From assembly GCA_963713825.1 (NCBI GenBank), contig CAVQNG010000003.1, positions 1,839,116 through 1,903,115 of the forward strand: a stretch of 64,000 nt of DNA, written 5' to 3'. Position 1 is the first letter of the stretch; the number at the start of each line of letters is the position of its first letter. The DNA is from an uncultured Acidobacteriota bacterium. Lineage in GTDB: Bacteria > Acidobacteriota > Thermoanaerobaculia > Multivoradales > JAHEKO01. Positions 37,333 to 48,013 of the stretch are shown piece by piece. Position numbers and translations under genes: made by a program. Under the pieces are notes generated by a model, which worked only from the letters and a program-made list of their open reading frames with translations, did not search any database and was not told the origin of the DNA.

Positions 37333-39531
37333 ATGCCTCTCATCTATGCATCCGGGTGGTCGCGTAGTGCGACCTCGATCCCGTTATTGCTAGTGGGTTT
37401 TCTGACCGTCTCAGCAGTGTCGACAGTTGCCGTGGCTGGGACCCATCGCGCCCCAGCCAGCATGGCTGCCCCGCACGATCCTGAAAAGAAGCAGGAAGAG
37501 GAGGCAGAGTCTGTTTTCGAGGACCACATGACCGTCACCGCGCGGGCCGACAACATGACGGGGGTGGCCACCTCTGCGACCGAAGGAGCCACCGGCTACG
37601 AGGACCTGAAGACGCGCCCCGTTCTGCGTACCGGTGAGATTGTGGAGACGGTGCCCGGGGTTATTGCCACCCAGCACAGTGGTGGAGGCAAGGCGAATCA
37701 GTACTTCCTGCGAGGCTTCAATCTCGACCACGGCACCGATCTCAGTCTCGAGGTCGACGGAATGCCGGTCAATCTGCCGACCCATGGACATGGTCAGGGC
37801 TATGCAGATCTCAACTTTCTCATCCCGGAGGTCATCGAGTCCGTTCAGTTTCGGAAGGGGACGTATTTCGCCAACGTCGGCGATTTCTCGGCCGCTGGAT
37901 CCACCAGTGTCCTACTCAGATCCATCCTGCCCAGAGCTGGGGTTCGGGCGGCTTTGGGAAGCAACGACTTTCAGCGAGCCCTGGTGCTGGGCTCGACTCC
38001 GGCCGCGGGCGGAGAGCTGCTGGGGGCCTTCGACTACTATCACTACGATGGCCCTTGGGAAAAACCCGATGACTTCACCAAACTCAATGGGATCTTGCGC
38101 TACTCGCAAAGCCGCGGTAGCCGCCACTGGTCGGTGACTGCGATGGGATACGAGGGTGACTGGCAGGCCTCGGATCAGATCCCATTGAGAACCATCGGCA
38201 AGACCGTGCCGCTCTTTGGTTTCGTCGATCCGTTTCCCAACGGCGATTCGAGCCGCTACAGCCTGTCTGGCGAGTACCACTGGCATGCGGCGTCGACGCT
38301 GACCAGTCTCGGTGCCTATCTCATCAGCTACGACCTCAATCTGGTCTCGAATTTCACCTATTGTCTGGACTATGGAACAGCCAGCGAGTGCGGCGTCGAC
38401 GACGATTCGTTCATGCAGACCGATGATCGCTTGATCTACGGTCTGGAGCTCGAGCGATCCCGGGCCCTGGAATGGGGTGACCGAACAATGCTTCTGAGCT
38501 ACGGCACCAAAGCTCAGTTCCATGACATCGACAACGGTCTGGGACGGGCGAGCGGTGGAGTCTCGCTGCCGGGCGGGTTGATTGCGAGCTATGGGGTGCA
38601 GGAGTTGATGCTGGGAGTCTTCGGCGATGCCGAGATTCAGTTGAGTGAGAAGGTGCAGATGAAAGCCGGGCTGCGTGGCGACTATTACAGCGCCGACGTC
38701 GAGACCCAGTTGGAGGAGAACTCCGGACAGCGTGACGACTCGATCGTCAGCCCCAAGCTGAGCTTTGTTTTCGGTCCATGGAAGCGCACCGAGCTCTATC
38801 TCAACTGGGGACAGGGCTTCCATAGCAACGACGCACGGGGCTGGGTGACAACAGTCGATCCGCTAACGCTCGAACCGGCGGATCCCGCCGATCCGTTGGT
38901 GCGCGCCCAGGGCACCGATGTCGGAATCCGAACCACGCTGGTCGAGGGTCTGCAGTCGACGCTCACGGTGTTTCGACTGGAGCTCGATTCCGAGCTGGTC
39001 TACCTTGGGGATTCCGGGACAACCGAAGCAGGGCCTCCCAGCCGCCGTACCGGTATCGAGCTCGCCAACTTCTACCGTATCCGTCCCTGGATAGCGCTCG
39101 ATCTGGATTTGACTTTGACGGACGCCGAGTTTACCGATGTGCCGGAGGACGAGCGTGAGATCTCTGGCTCGGTCGGCCGCACTCTGCAGCTGGGCTTGGC
39201 TCTCGGGCGAGAAATCGGCTGGTTCGGGACACTGCGCTGGAGGTACTTCGGAGACATTCCCTTGACCGCCGATGGAATCGTGCGAGGCCAGTCGTCATCG
39301 CTGGTCAATGGCAGGCTGGGCTATGGCTTCCAGAACGGTTTGCGGCTCGTCGTGGAAGGCTTCAACCTACTCGACCGAGACGATCCAGATATCCAGTACT
39401 ACTACGCATCGCGCCTGCCAGCCGAGTTCAGTCCTACGGGACAGACGGAACCGGTCGGCGGCGTCGAGGACGTGCATCTTCACCCGATGGAGAGCCGTTC
39501 CGTGAGGGTCTGGCTGGAATTCGGGTTCTAG
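37333..39531 (+). CDS. TonB-dependent receptor, probably for metal uptake
   Basis: Plug motif TQHSGGGKANQYFLRGFNLDHGTD; PTHGHGQGY; C-terminal HLHP...EFGF; AGGAGGAG RBS. Confidence 0.9.
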   Translation: MPLIYASGWSRSATSIPLLLVGFLTVSAVSTVAVAGTHRAPASMAAPHDPEKKQEEEAESVFEDHMTVTARADNMTGVATSATEGATGYEDLKTRPVLRTGEIVETVPGVIATQHSGGGKANQYFLRGFNLDHGTDLSLEVDGMPVNLPTHGHGQGYADLNFLIPEVIESVQFRKGTYFANVGDFSAAGSTSVLLRSILPRAGVRAALGSNDFQRALVLGSTPAAGGELLGAFDYYHYDGPWEKPDDFTKLNGILRYSQSRGSRHWSVTAMGYEGDWQASDQIPLRTIGKTVPLFGFVDPFPNGDSSRYSLSGEYHWHAASTLTSLGAYLISYDLNLVSNFTYCLDYGTASECGVDDDSFMQTDDRLIYGLELERSRALEWGDRTMLLSYGTKAQFHDIDNGLGRASGGVSLPGGLIASYGVQELMLGVFGDAEIQLSEKVQMKAGLRGDYYSADVETQLEENSGQRDDSIVSPKLSFVFGPWKRTELYLNWGQGFHSNDARGWVTTVDPLTLEPADPADPLVRAQGTDVGIRTTLVEGLQSTLTVFRLELDSELVYLGDSGTTEAGPPSRRTGIELANFYRIRPWIALDLDLTLTDAEFTDVPEDEREISGSVGRTLQLGLALGREIGWFGTLRWRYFGDIPLTADGIVRGQSSSLVNGRLGYGFQNGLRLVVEGFNLLDRDDPDIQYYYASRLPAEFSPTGQTEPVGGVEDVHLHPMESRSVRVWLEFGF

Positions 39532-39710
39532 CCCGCATTCTTCATGAGCCCCACGGCATCTAGCGGAGATCGCCCGCCATCTCAGGTCGTCCTCGCTCGT
39601 CGCTCCTCAACAACCTGCAAGGTTGCCTCCGGTGCTCCTCCCTGCGGGTGACCAGATCTGACAGACGCTTTCCACAATCTGCTCGCGGCGTCATGAAGAA
39701 TGCGGGCTAG
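39528..39710. mobile_element. MITE-like non-autonomous element
   Basis: Perfect 20-bp terminal inverted repeats CTAGCCCGCATTCTTCATGA ... TCATGAAGAATGCGGGCTAG; CTAG at both ends; no convincing internal gene. Confidence 0.75.
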
Positions 39711-39735
39711 GTCTCTCAGGAAATCGAGGGCGGTG

Positions 39736-40314
39736 TCAGCTGCCCATCGCTACGATGCAGTCCATCAGCGCCTGGCAGGCTTCGGCCGTATTCAGAGTGT
39801 TCGCGTCGATCCTCGTCTGGGCCTTGTCGAAGGCGACTTTGCGCTCCTGATAGTAGAGTCTGATCTCGGCGACGTCGGCTGGGACTCCTGCGAAAAGTGG
39901 GTGCCAGCGGGCTGACTCGAGACGGCGTGCGAGTTTCTGTATGCGCCAGAATAGATTGGCCAGCTCGAGATCGAGAACGATGAGCTGACCTTCGTCTTCG
40001 ATGTGAGTCCGATTCTCGGAGCGCAGCAGACCCCCGTCTCCCAGCGCGATGAGTCCAACGGGTTTCTGACCAAGGACTCGTAGGAGACACTGCGACTCGA
40101 TCTCGCGATAGGCCGCTTCTCCTTCTTCGAGAAGGATTCGGCCAATCTCCATCGCTGCCTCGTGCTCGACGAGACGGTCGATGTCGTAGTAGGTCAGCCC
40201 GAGATGGGCGGAGGCGCGATAGGTGGCACTGCGCGTGAAGTCCCCCAGGTAGCCCGACACCACGATCGGGGCCGAGAGCTGAACCTGTGGACCATACTCG
40301 TAGTAGTCGGACAT
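39736..40314 (-). CDS. Shikimate-kinase-like protein with degenerate P-loop
   Basis: DIDRLVE, GEAAYREIE, IALGDG, YQERK match AroK, but the Walker A region reads GYLGDFTR. Confidence 0.7.
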   Translation of the reverse strand: MSDYYEYGPQVQLSAPIVVSGYLGDFTRSATYRASAHLGLTYYDIDRLVEHEAAMEIGRILLEEGEAAYREIESQCLLRVLGQKPVGLIALGDGGLLRSENRTHIEDEGQLIVLDLELANLFWRIQKLARRLESARWHPLFAGVPADVAEIRLYYQERKVAFDKAQTRIDANTLNTAEACQALMDCIVAMGS

Positions 40315-40413
40315 GGACTGAAGTCTAAATGATCTGGCGGACTGAGGGCCGACGATCGCGGCTGCAATCACCCGGCCGATGCTTGCCACCACCCATGGAC
40401 GTAGCCGCTGTGC

Positions 40414-43080
40414 CTACCTTCGCTGCTCGAGCTCGGCTGGCCAGTTGATCACCAGGTTCAGAAGATTGTCGCCCTGCTGAGCCTGATTTGGAACCACGAG
40501 GATGCGCTCGGCATCGGAGGTCAGTGAAAACCAGGCTCCACCAGCAGTGCTCGGCGCGATCGAGAAGAGGGACTGACTCTGGCCGATCTGGAAGGTCTCC
40601 CCAGTCGGGTCGACCTCGACCGACACCAGATTACCGGTGAGCTCTGCATAGACGAGCTCTCGACCATCTGCCCGCCAGAACGCGTAGCTCGCGGGGTTGG
40701 TCGAGACCTGCCAGCGGCGACCCGGTTCCGGGAAGGTCGATACGTAGACTTGCCAGTCTCCCGACTCATTGGAGGCGTAGGCAATCCAGCGACCATCGGG
40801 CGAGATCATGCCAACGCCCTCGGAGAACTCGGTCTGTCGAAATACAACCGGCTCGCCACCTTCTTCCAGCGGTAGCACGAACAGGTCCAGTTGGGTCTCT
40901 GGATTCGTAACGGAGTAGGCGAGATAGCGTCCATCGGGAGAGAGGCTCGAAGGAAATTTGTCGCGCTCCGAGGAATAGACGAGCTCGACTTCTCCAACGC
41001 CGCCGACCGCCTTGCGGTAGATGTCGCCAGTCCCTTCGCGATCGGAGTAGAAATACAAGTACTGGCTATCGCTCGACCAAGCCGGCCAGAATTCGACGCC
41101 AGGATCGAAGGTGAATCGGGTTCTCAGATCGCGCTCGATGTCCTGCATCCAGATGTCGTAGGCACCGCTTTCTTCGGCCTGGACGACAGCAGCCATGGTG
41201 TCGTCGGGTGAGATCATGGCCGTGCGGACGACGGCCGGCTCGCCGAGGCTCCCCCCGACCTGGCCGTTGCGGTCTCTCCATTCGATCGTGGTGCCGGAGA
41301 CTGCCGAGCCGGTCTGATAGAGCAGATTACCGTTCTCCGAGGAGGAGAACACCGCCAGGGATGCTGCCGAGATGCGAAGCACGTCTTCGGCCAGGGGAAT
41401 CGCTTCGTCGGTGAACTCGAGCTTGTCGGGATCGAAGGGTCGAGCCATCAAAGTCGAGTCGCGCGCGAAGAGCAGGTGGCCGGATGCGAACTCTGCCTGG
41501 ATTGGTGACTCCACGACTGGACGCGGCTCTTCACCGTCGAGAGAGCCCGCCATGACAGAGCTCGGTTTGGCACCGTCTCCCCGGGCCATGAACAGGAATC
41601 GGCTTCCATTCGGGAGGAATCGGGGGTGGCGGTGGGAATTGTGGAGCTCTTCATCGATCTCGGTGACCGCCACCGACTCACCCCCAGCAGCCGAGACACG
41701 ATAGATCGGCGACCCGGAGTCCGGCGTGAAGAGGATGACGCCCTCCCGATTCCAGGTTCCGCCCTTGCCATCGGCAGCCTCGCAGAGGGTCATAGGTGGT
41801 CCACCGGCCGAGTCGACCTTCTTGAGAGTGCCGTCCACCTGAGTGAAGAATCCGACCCAGCGAGAGTCCGGTGACCAGAACGGGTACTGGGCCCCTTCCG
41901 TCCCCGACAGGAGATGCGCCTGTGAGGCATCCATCGACCGCACATAGAGCCGCACCAGGCCGTCGCTGTCCGTGGCCGAGAAAGCGATCTTCGAACCGTC
42001 GGGTGAAAAGACAGCGGGTCCCGCGGTGAGTCCGTTCAAATGGAACCCGGCATCCTCCGGCGGCGGAATCGTCGCCTTGAGAATCGGTGCAGTAGGCTCG
42101 GGCCACATCGCCAGGGCCGCGACGGCGACGGCTCCAATCACGGCTAACGCCCAGGGCAGAGCCGTCCTCCATCGCGGCTGCTTTTGAGTCGCGGCCACGG
42201 TTGCTGGCGTTTCGACATCGAAGGAGCCTGGATCGGCCATGAACTCCTGGATGACCACACGGGCATCGCCGATGGCTTGTAGGCGCTGCTTGGGGTCCTT
42301 GCGCATGCAGCGCTTGAGGAGCTCTGTAATCGGTCGGGGTAGATCGTCGGGCAGCTGATCCCAGTCGGGATCTTTTTGCAGCACGGCTGCGAGTACATGC
42401 GATACCGTTTCGCCGCCAAACTGCTGCTGGCCGGAGATCATCTCGGCTAGCACTACGCCGAACGACCAGACATCCGCGCGGCGGTCCGCCATCTGCGCTG
42501 ATGCCTGCTCCGGGCTCATATAACCGGCAGTACCCATGATGAGCCCCGCCTGGGTGGCTGCGGCTGTCAGCGTGGGGGAGTTCGCGAGGTCACCCTGCTC
42601 GTGTTCCTCTTCCAGTGCCTTGGCCAGGCCGAAGTCCAGGACCTTGACCTGTCCGTCGCTGGTGACCTTCACGTTCGCCGGCTTCAAGTCTCGATGGATG
42701 ATCCCCTTCTCGTGCGCCGCCTCCACCGCCTCGGCAATCTGCAACGCGATCGGCAGGGCCTGGTCCAAGGGAACGGGCCCCTTCGCGATGCGCTCCTGCA
42801 GAGTTTCGCCCTCGGCCAATTGCATGATCAGCAGCTGGCGGCCGTCGACTTCCTCCAGACCGTAGATCGCCGCGATGCTCGGGTGGTCGAGCGCGGCCAG
42901 CACTTTCGCCTCACGCTCGAAGCGGGCCAGGCGCTCGGGATCGCCAGCGACTGCCTCGGGCAACACCTTGATCGCCACGTCGCGGCCGAGCTTGGTGTCC
43001 TCGGCACGATAGACCTCACCCATGCCGCCCTCGCCGAGCTTGGCGGTGATATTGAAACTAGACAGAGTCGTCCCGATCAT
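40414..43080 (-). CDS. Ser/Thr protein kinase with TM helix and PD40/TolB-like beta-propeller
   Basis: [20 protein letters not shown]; repeated SPDG motifs. Confidence 0.92.
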   Translation of the reverse strand: MIGTTLSSFNITAKLGEGGMGEVYRAEDTKLGRDVAIKVLPEAVAGDPERLARFEREAKVLAALDHPSIAAIYGLEEVDGRQLLIMQLAEGETLQERIAKGPVPLDQALPIALQIAEAVEAAHEKGIIHRDLKPANVKVTSDGQVKVLDFGLAKALEEEHEQGDLANSPTLTAAATQAGLIMGTAGYMSPEQASAQMADRRADVWSFGVVLAEMISGQQQFGGETVSHVLAAVLQKDPDWDQLPDDLPRPITELLKRCMRKDPKQRLQAIGDARVVIQEFMADPGSFDVETPATVAATQKQPRWRTALPWALAVIGAVAVAALAMWPEPTAPILKATIPPPEDAGFHLNGLTAGPAVFSPDGSKIAFSATDSDGLVRLYVRSMDASQAHLLSGTEGAQYPFWSPDSRWVGFFTQVDGTLKKVDSAGGPPMTLCEAADGKGGTWNREGVILFTPDSGSPIYRVSAAGGESVAVTEIDEELHNSHRHPRFLPNGSRFLFMARGDGAKPSSVMAGSLDGEEPRPVVESPIQAEFASGHLLFARDSTLMARPFDPDKLEFTDEAIPLAEDVLRISAASLAVFSSSENGNLLYQTGSAVSGTTIEWRDRNGQVGGSLGEPAVVRTAMISPDDTMAAVVQAEESGAYDIWMQDIERDLRTRFTFDPGVEFWPAWSSDSQYLYFYSDREGTGDIYRKAVGGVGEVELVYSSERDKFPSSLSPDGRYLAYSVTNPETQLDLFVLPLEEGGEPVVFRQTEFSEGVGMISPDGRWIAYASNESGDWQVYVSTFPEPGRRWQVSTNPASYAFWRADGRELVYAELTGNLVSVEVDPTGETFQIGQSQSLFSIAPSTAGGAWFSLTSDAERILVVPNQAQQGDNLLNLVINWPAELEQRR

Positions 43081-43190
43081 CAGACCTCCTGAAGTACCCT
43101 CGCGCTACCTGCACGGAGATGTGCGGGGATTCTACACTGTGCTTCTATTGGGTCGGGGGGGGCTTGCCCCCGCCCGATCGTCATCAACGA

Positions 43191-43222
43191 AAAAGGAAAC
43201 GAGTGGCCCTCTCGGGCCACTC
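43191..43222 (-). terminator. Rho-independent terminator
   Basis: Hairpin GAGTGGCCC-TCTC-GGGCCACTC with a U-rich tail on the minus strand, downstream of 43290..43745. Confidence 0.6.
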
Positions 43223-43289
43223 GGGGAAGACCGTTTGTGATGCCCGGTCTCCTACTACTTGTCGTGGGTGGTGTAGACAGCGGGAAGGA

Positions 43290-43745
43290 TCAGTTGACCG
43301 GGGCGAAGTTGGCGTGCACCAGCTTCCAGGCGCCGTCGATCTTGGCGTAGACGCGAGTCGACTTGGCCAGGTTGGGCTCGACCTCGCCGTCTACGGTCAT
43401 GCCCGAGCCGATGAAGTTGTAGGTCAGGATCGCCACGTCGCCGTACACCTGGACCTTGGCATTCACCATGTCCGACACCAGAGTTTTCGCTTCTCCCATA
43501 TTGGCGGCTCTGCTGAGAGTGGCGTTGAGCTCCTTGCCGTCGAGCCGGGTCGGATAGCCTGCGTTGAACTCGGTGTAGTCGTCGGCGAGAAAGGAAATCT
43601 GTTTGGCGGTGTCCTTCGCGATGCCTGCGGCCCACTGGGCCTTGGCGAGGGCGATGACCTCATCCGCGACCTCACTGTGGCTGTCCGCATAGACGGGAAG
43701 ACCGATCATCAGGGATAGAACGAGTACGAAAATTACATTGCGCAT
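43290..43745 (-). CDS. Secreted NTF2/SnoaL-like (DUF4440) protein
   Basis: Signal peptide; KVQVYGDVAILTY; STRVYAKIDGAWKLVH; AGGAG RBS. Confidence 0.8.
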   Translation of the reverse strand: MRNVIFVLVLSLMIGLPVYADSHSEVADEVIALAKAQWAAGIAKDTAKQISFLADDYTEFNAGYPTRLDGKELNATLSRAANMGEAKTLVSDMVNAKVQVYGDVAILTYNFIGSGMTVDGEVEPNLAKSTRVYAKIDGAWKLVHANFAPVN

Positions 43746-43923
43746 ACTGCATCTCCTAGGGTTGTGGCGAGCATACAACTCTCGATGGCACCCGAAACGG
43801 TGTCTACATCGGCGATGCTGCCGGAATGTCAGTTGGCTGACAGTGCGCGGACAGTATCACCCTGGGCAATGGAAAGATACTCGGATACTGCTAGCTCATC
43901 CTGCGGGTTAGAATCACCCCGAC

Positions 43924-46900
43924 TTGATCGGCAAGACGCTTTCCCACTACCGAATCACCGCCAAGCTGGGCGAGGGCGGCATGGGTGAGGTCTATCGAGC
44001 TACCGACAGCAAGCTCGGTCGCGAGGTGGCGATCAAGGTTCTGCCCGAATCGGTGGTCGGCGAGCTGGCTTCCGACTCGGATCGGCTCGCACGCTTCGAG
44101 CTCGAGGCGCGCACGGTGGCCGGGCTCAACCACCCGAACATCGTGGTTCTGCACTCCATCGAAGAAGAGGAGGGGATCCGGTTCCTCACCATGGAACTGG
44201 TCGAGGGCGAGAGCCTCGACTGCCAAGTGGAGCCCGACGGGCTGCCGATCGCCCGGGTGATGGAGTTGGGCATCGCGATCGCCGACGCCTTGGCGGCGGC
44301 TCACGAGAAGGGTGTGGTGCACCGGGACCTCAAGCCCGCCAACGTCATGCTGACTCGCGAGGGGCGTGTCAAGGTGCTCGACTTCGGGCTCGCGAAGCTC
44401 GAGGCACCCGACGCCGGTCTCGATGTGACCCAGGCGGCGACCCTCGCCTCACCGCTCTCGGCCGCGGGTCAGGTCGTGGGCACGGTGCCCTACATGGCGC
44501 CGGAGCAGGTGCGCGGTGAGGCCGTCGACAGCCGGACGGACGTGTTCGCCCTAGGCATCCTGCTCTACGAGCTGGCCACGGGGCGGCGGCCGTTCGAAGG
44601 GTCTACGTTGGGTGTGATCAGCACCGCGATCCTGCGCGATGCGCCGGCGACACTGTCTGCGGTGCGAGCCGACGTGCCCGCCGACCTCGACCGCATCGTC
44701 GCGCGCTGCCTCGAGAAAAAGCCGAGCGCTCGCTTCCAGACGGCCCTCGAGCTGGGCGAAGCGCTGCGGCATATGCGGCAAGCTCGGGAGGGCGGTGCGG
44801 CCGTGAAGGCGCCGCCGACTCCCGTCACGCCCCTGCTCGGCCGCGAGGAGTCTCTCGAGGCCGCCGCCGACCTTCTGCGTGGTGGTGCGCGTGTGCTCAC
44901 CGTCACCGGCTATGGCGGAACCGGCAAGACGCGATTCTCGATCGAGCTCTTTCGTCGCCTGTTGCCCGAGTACCCTGGCGGAGCGGTCTTCGTCTCGCTC
45001 GCCTCCGTCACCGCGGCGGTGGAGGTACTGCCGACCGTCGCCGTCGCCCTCGACATCGCCGAGGCGCAGGGCCGCACGGCACTGGAGGCGCTCTGCACGG
45101 TCATCGGAGACCACCGCGTGCTGCTTCTGCTCGACAATCTCGAACAGGTGCTCGATGCCGCCGCCGACATCGCTGCGCTCGTCGCCCGCTGCCCCGCACT
45201 GCAAGTCATCGCCACGAGCCGAGCGCCGCTCAAGATCGGCGCGGAATCGGAGTTTGCTCTGCCGCCGCTCGCTTTGCCCGCCGCGGACGCGACGTCGCTG
45301 GACGAGCTGGCTCGAACCCCCTCGGTCGCGCTGCTGCTCCAGCGCGCCGAGAAGGTGAAGCCCGGCTTCGCGCTTACCACCTCGAACGCGGCCCCAATCG
45401 TCGCGATCTGTCGCCGTCTCGATGGTCTGCCGCTGGCGCTCGAGCTCGCCGCGGCGCGCCTGCGCATCCTCGAGCCCAACGCGCTGCTGCAACGACTCGA
45501 CCATGCCCTCGACCTGCTGACTTCCGGCGATCGCGACCTGCCGCTGCGCCAGCGTACGCTTCGCGCGACGATCAGCTGGAGCTACTCGCTCCTCGATGCC
45601 CAGGAGCAGCGACTGCTGCGCCACACCTCCGTCTTCCACGAGGGCTGGACACTCGAGGCGATGGAGCAGGTGTGCTACGGCGAGGAAGATCGCCATCGCG
45701 CCCTCGACGAGCTGGACTCGCTCGTAGAGAAGGGTCTCGTGCGCGTGGTGGATTCGGGCGGACGGTATGCCCTGCTCGAGACGATCCGTGCCTTTGCCAC
45801 CGAGCAACTGCATGCCGGTGGCGAGCTGGAGGCCGCCCGGGATGCGCATGCCGACTACTACCTGGGCTTTGCCGCGCAGGTTGCAGCGGAGATGCGTGGG
45901 ACGGGGCAATGCGAGGCCATGATGCGCGCTCGAGGCGACCATGCCAACACGCTGGCAGCCATTCACTGGCTCACCGCTCTAGCTCGCCAGGGGGACGCGG
46001 CGGCGCTCGAGCGAGGGCTGCAGCTCTGCGGTCACCTGAACTGGCCTTGGCATATCGCTGGTCAACACTTCACGGCACGCGTCCTGCTCGACGAGCTGCT
46101 CGCTCTCGCTGCTGATTCTCCCCCCAGCCGTGGACGCGCCCTCGCACAGCTGGCGGCCGGGATGGTTTCCACGGTCACGGGTGAGTGGGAGCGTTCGCTC
46201 GGCGAATGGAGGGGCGGCTACGAGGACGGCCTGGCGATCGGCGATGAGGAGATCGCCGCCGAGGGAAGCATGGGAGTCGGGTACTGCCACCTGGGCGGTG
46301 GGCGCATGGAGGAAGCGCGCCCGGCGATCGAAGAGGCCATCACCCGCAGCGCCGGTGGCGTGAGCGACTTCATGCATGCGCTCTCGATGACCCTCGAGGG
46401 CATGCTCGCGTTCGCGACCGGCGACACCGATGCCGGCATAGCCCTCGTCGAGCGAGCGCGGCGGATCCAGGAGCGCCTCGACGATTGCGAGGGTGGTGGT
46501 GTGGCGCTCAGCTTCCTGGCACAGATGACCTCCGCCAAGGGCGACCAGGAGCGCGCGCTGACGCTGTATCGCGACGCGCTCGACTTGTTCGAGAGGGTCG
46601 GCGACCACCCCGAGATCGCGCGTGTGCACTGTGAGATGGGCTGGACCGCACTCGCTGCCGAGGATGCGGGCGGCGCGAAGGACTCGTTCCGCCGCGCCGT
46701 GCATGCCTACGAGGTGGTCGGCAGTCCGCGGGGTACCGGCCTGGCGCTGTTGGGGCTGGCGGCAGTCGAGGCAGCTGAAGGCCGCTCGGAGCGCGCCGTG
46801 ACGATCGCGGCGGCAGCGCACACGTTGTCGAAGAGCGACGGGCTCGTGGTCGACCATCCGATGGCTCCGGACGTCGTTGGCCGGATCGAGGCGCTCAAGG

Positions 46901-46989
46901 CGTCGATCCCGAAGGGCGAGCTGGACGGGCTCATCGCGAATGCAAGTGCGCTCTCGCCGGCGGAAGTCCTCACCATGATCGCCGAGTAA
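43924..46989 (+). CDS. Ser/Thr kinase fused to a STAND/NB-ARC-like ATPase and TPR repeats
   Basis: Kinase motifs; GYGGTGKT Walker A; LLLLDNLE Walker B; ATSR; [10 protein letters not shown]; WSYSLL; TPR tail; no TM helix seen. Confidence 0.9.
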   Translation: MIGKTLSHYRITAKLGEGGMGEVYRATDSKLGREVAIKVLPESVVGELASDSDRLARFELEARTVAGLNHPNIVVLHSIEEEEGIRFLTMELVEGESLDCQVEPDGLPIARVMELGIAIADALAAAHEKGVVHRDLKPANVMLTREGRVKVLDFGLAKLEAPDAGLDVTQAATLASPLSAAGQVVGTVPYMAPEQVRGEAVDSRTDVFALGILLYELATGRRPFEGSTLGVISTAILRDAPATLSAVRADVPADLDRIVARCLEKKPSARFQTALELGEALRHMRQAREGGAAVKAPPTPVTPLLGREESLEAAADLLRGGARVLTVTGYGGTGKTRFSIELFRRLLPEYPGGAVFVSLASVTAAVEVLPTVAVALDIAEAQGRTALEALCTVIGDHRVLLLLDNLEQVLDAAADIAALVARCPALQVIATSRAPLKIGAESEFALPPLALPAADATSLDELARTPSVALLLQRAEKVKPGFALTTSNAAPIVAICRRLDGLPLALELAAARLRILEPNALLQRLDHALDLLTSGDRDLPLRQRTLRATISWSYSLLDAQEQRLLRHTSVFHEGWTLEAMEQVCYGEEDRHRALDELDSLVEKGLVRVVDSGGRYALLETIRAFATEQLHAGGELEAARDAHADYYLGFAAQVAAEMRGTGQCEAMMRARGDHANTLAAIHWLTALARQGDAAALERGLQLCGHLNWPWHIAGQHFTARVLLDELLALAADSPPSRGRALAQLAAGMVSTVTGEWERSLGEWRGGYEDGLAIGDEEIAAEGSMGVGYCHLGGGRMEEARPAIEEAITRSAGGVSDFMHALSMTLEGMLAFATGDTDAGIALVERARRIQERLDDCEGGGVALSFLAQMTSAKGDQERALTLYRDALDLFERVGDHPEIARVHCEMGWTALAAEDAGGAKDSFRRAVHAYEVVGSPRGTGLALLGLAAVEAAEGRSERAVTIAAAAHTLSKSDGLVVDHPMAPDVVGRIEALKASIPKGELDGLIANASALSPAEVLTMIAE

Positions 46990-46997
46990 GGCAGAGG

Positions 46998-47792
46998 TCA
47001 CGGGGCGCTGGTCCGCACCCGGATCCTGCCTCGGACGGGCCGATGGTCGGAAAGGTCGCGTTCCGCCAGCACCTCGCCTCCGAGGGGCATGAGCTCGAGG
47101 CCCCGACCGGTGCGCACCAGAATGTGATCGATGTCGACGCTCGGCGTTCGGGCATTCCAGCTCGGCCCCGGTGCCTCGACCGGCTCGAAACCGGCGGCGA
47201 AGAACGCTTGCATGGTGCGGCTTTCAGGAGTGTCGTTGAAGTCGCCGGCCACGATCATCGGCAGATCGAGAGTCTCGAGCTCGGCCAGCAGGGCGCGGGC
47301 CTGCGCGTAGCGGAAGGTGTCGTCCTTCGTCCAGTTCAGGTGGAGGTTGACCGCGAGCAGCGGCCGCCCGAGTACCTCGACCTCGCTGAGTAGGGCCACT
47401 CTCGGTTCGTCGCCCTCGGGTAGCCTGACCGACTGCGTCTCTCTAACCGGCAACGAGCTGAGCGTCCCCAGGCCGTAGCGGCCGCCCTGGTAGGGCATGA
47501 ACGATCCAAAGGCGGCATCCATCGCTGTGATCCGTCCCAGCAGGGAGATCTGATCGACACCCCCAGAGCGCTCGCAGCCCTCATCGACTTCCTGCAGGAA
47601 GACCAGATCCGCACCCTGCTCGGCAAGGTAGGCGCCCTTGTCTTCCAGATTGAGCTGGCCCTTGTCGTTGGCGCCGTGGAGGATGTTCCAGGTGAGGACG
47701 GTCAGGTCCACGCTCGCGGGCTGACGCGCCCGACCCGTTGTGCAGGCGGTGAGCAGCAGAAGTAGGGGAGCGAAGCGGGCGATGTCTTTCAT
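46998..47792 (-). CDS. Endonuclease/exonuclease/phosphatase-family lipoprotein
   Basis: LLTAC lipobox; TWNI, LQEVD, AGDFN, IDHI, SDHRPV. Confidence 0.88.
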   Translation of the reverse strand: MKDIARFAPLLLLLTACTTGRARQPASVDLTVLTWNILHGANDKGQLNLEDKGAYLAEQGADLVFLQEVDEGCERSGGVDQISLLGRITAMDAAFGSFMPYQGGRYGLGTLSSLPVRETQSVRLPEGDEPRVALLSEVEVLGRPLLAVNLHLNWTKDDTFRYAQARALLAELETLDLPMIVAGDFNDTPESRTMQAFFAAGFEPVEAPGPSWNARTPSVDIDHILVRTGRGLELMPLGGEVLAERDLSDHRPVRGRIRVRTSAP

Positions 47793-47858
47793 GGGCGGGT
47801 CCCGGGCGGTGACGACGAGAGGATATCCGACCGACAAGGGTCCAGCCCGTCCTCTCAG

Positions 47859-47979
47859 GTTAGAATTACGCCACTGGATCCGTACCACCCTCTCCCACTT
47901 CAGTGGCACCGCCAGACTCGGCGAAGGCGGCACGGGGGAGGACTATCGTGCCGAAAACATCGAGCTTGGCTTCCAATGA
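47859..47979 (+). pseudogene. Decayed 5' fragment of a Ser/Thr kinase gene
   Basis: Translates as IRTTLSHFSGTARLGEGGTGEDYRAENIELG*; preceded by GGTTAGAAT, as is the intact kinase at 43924. Confidence 0.7.
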
Positions 47980-48013
47980 GGCGTAGCTTCCAAGCTTGCG
48001 AGAAAGGTTCGCC

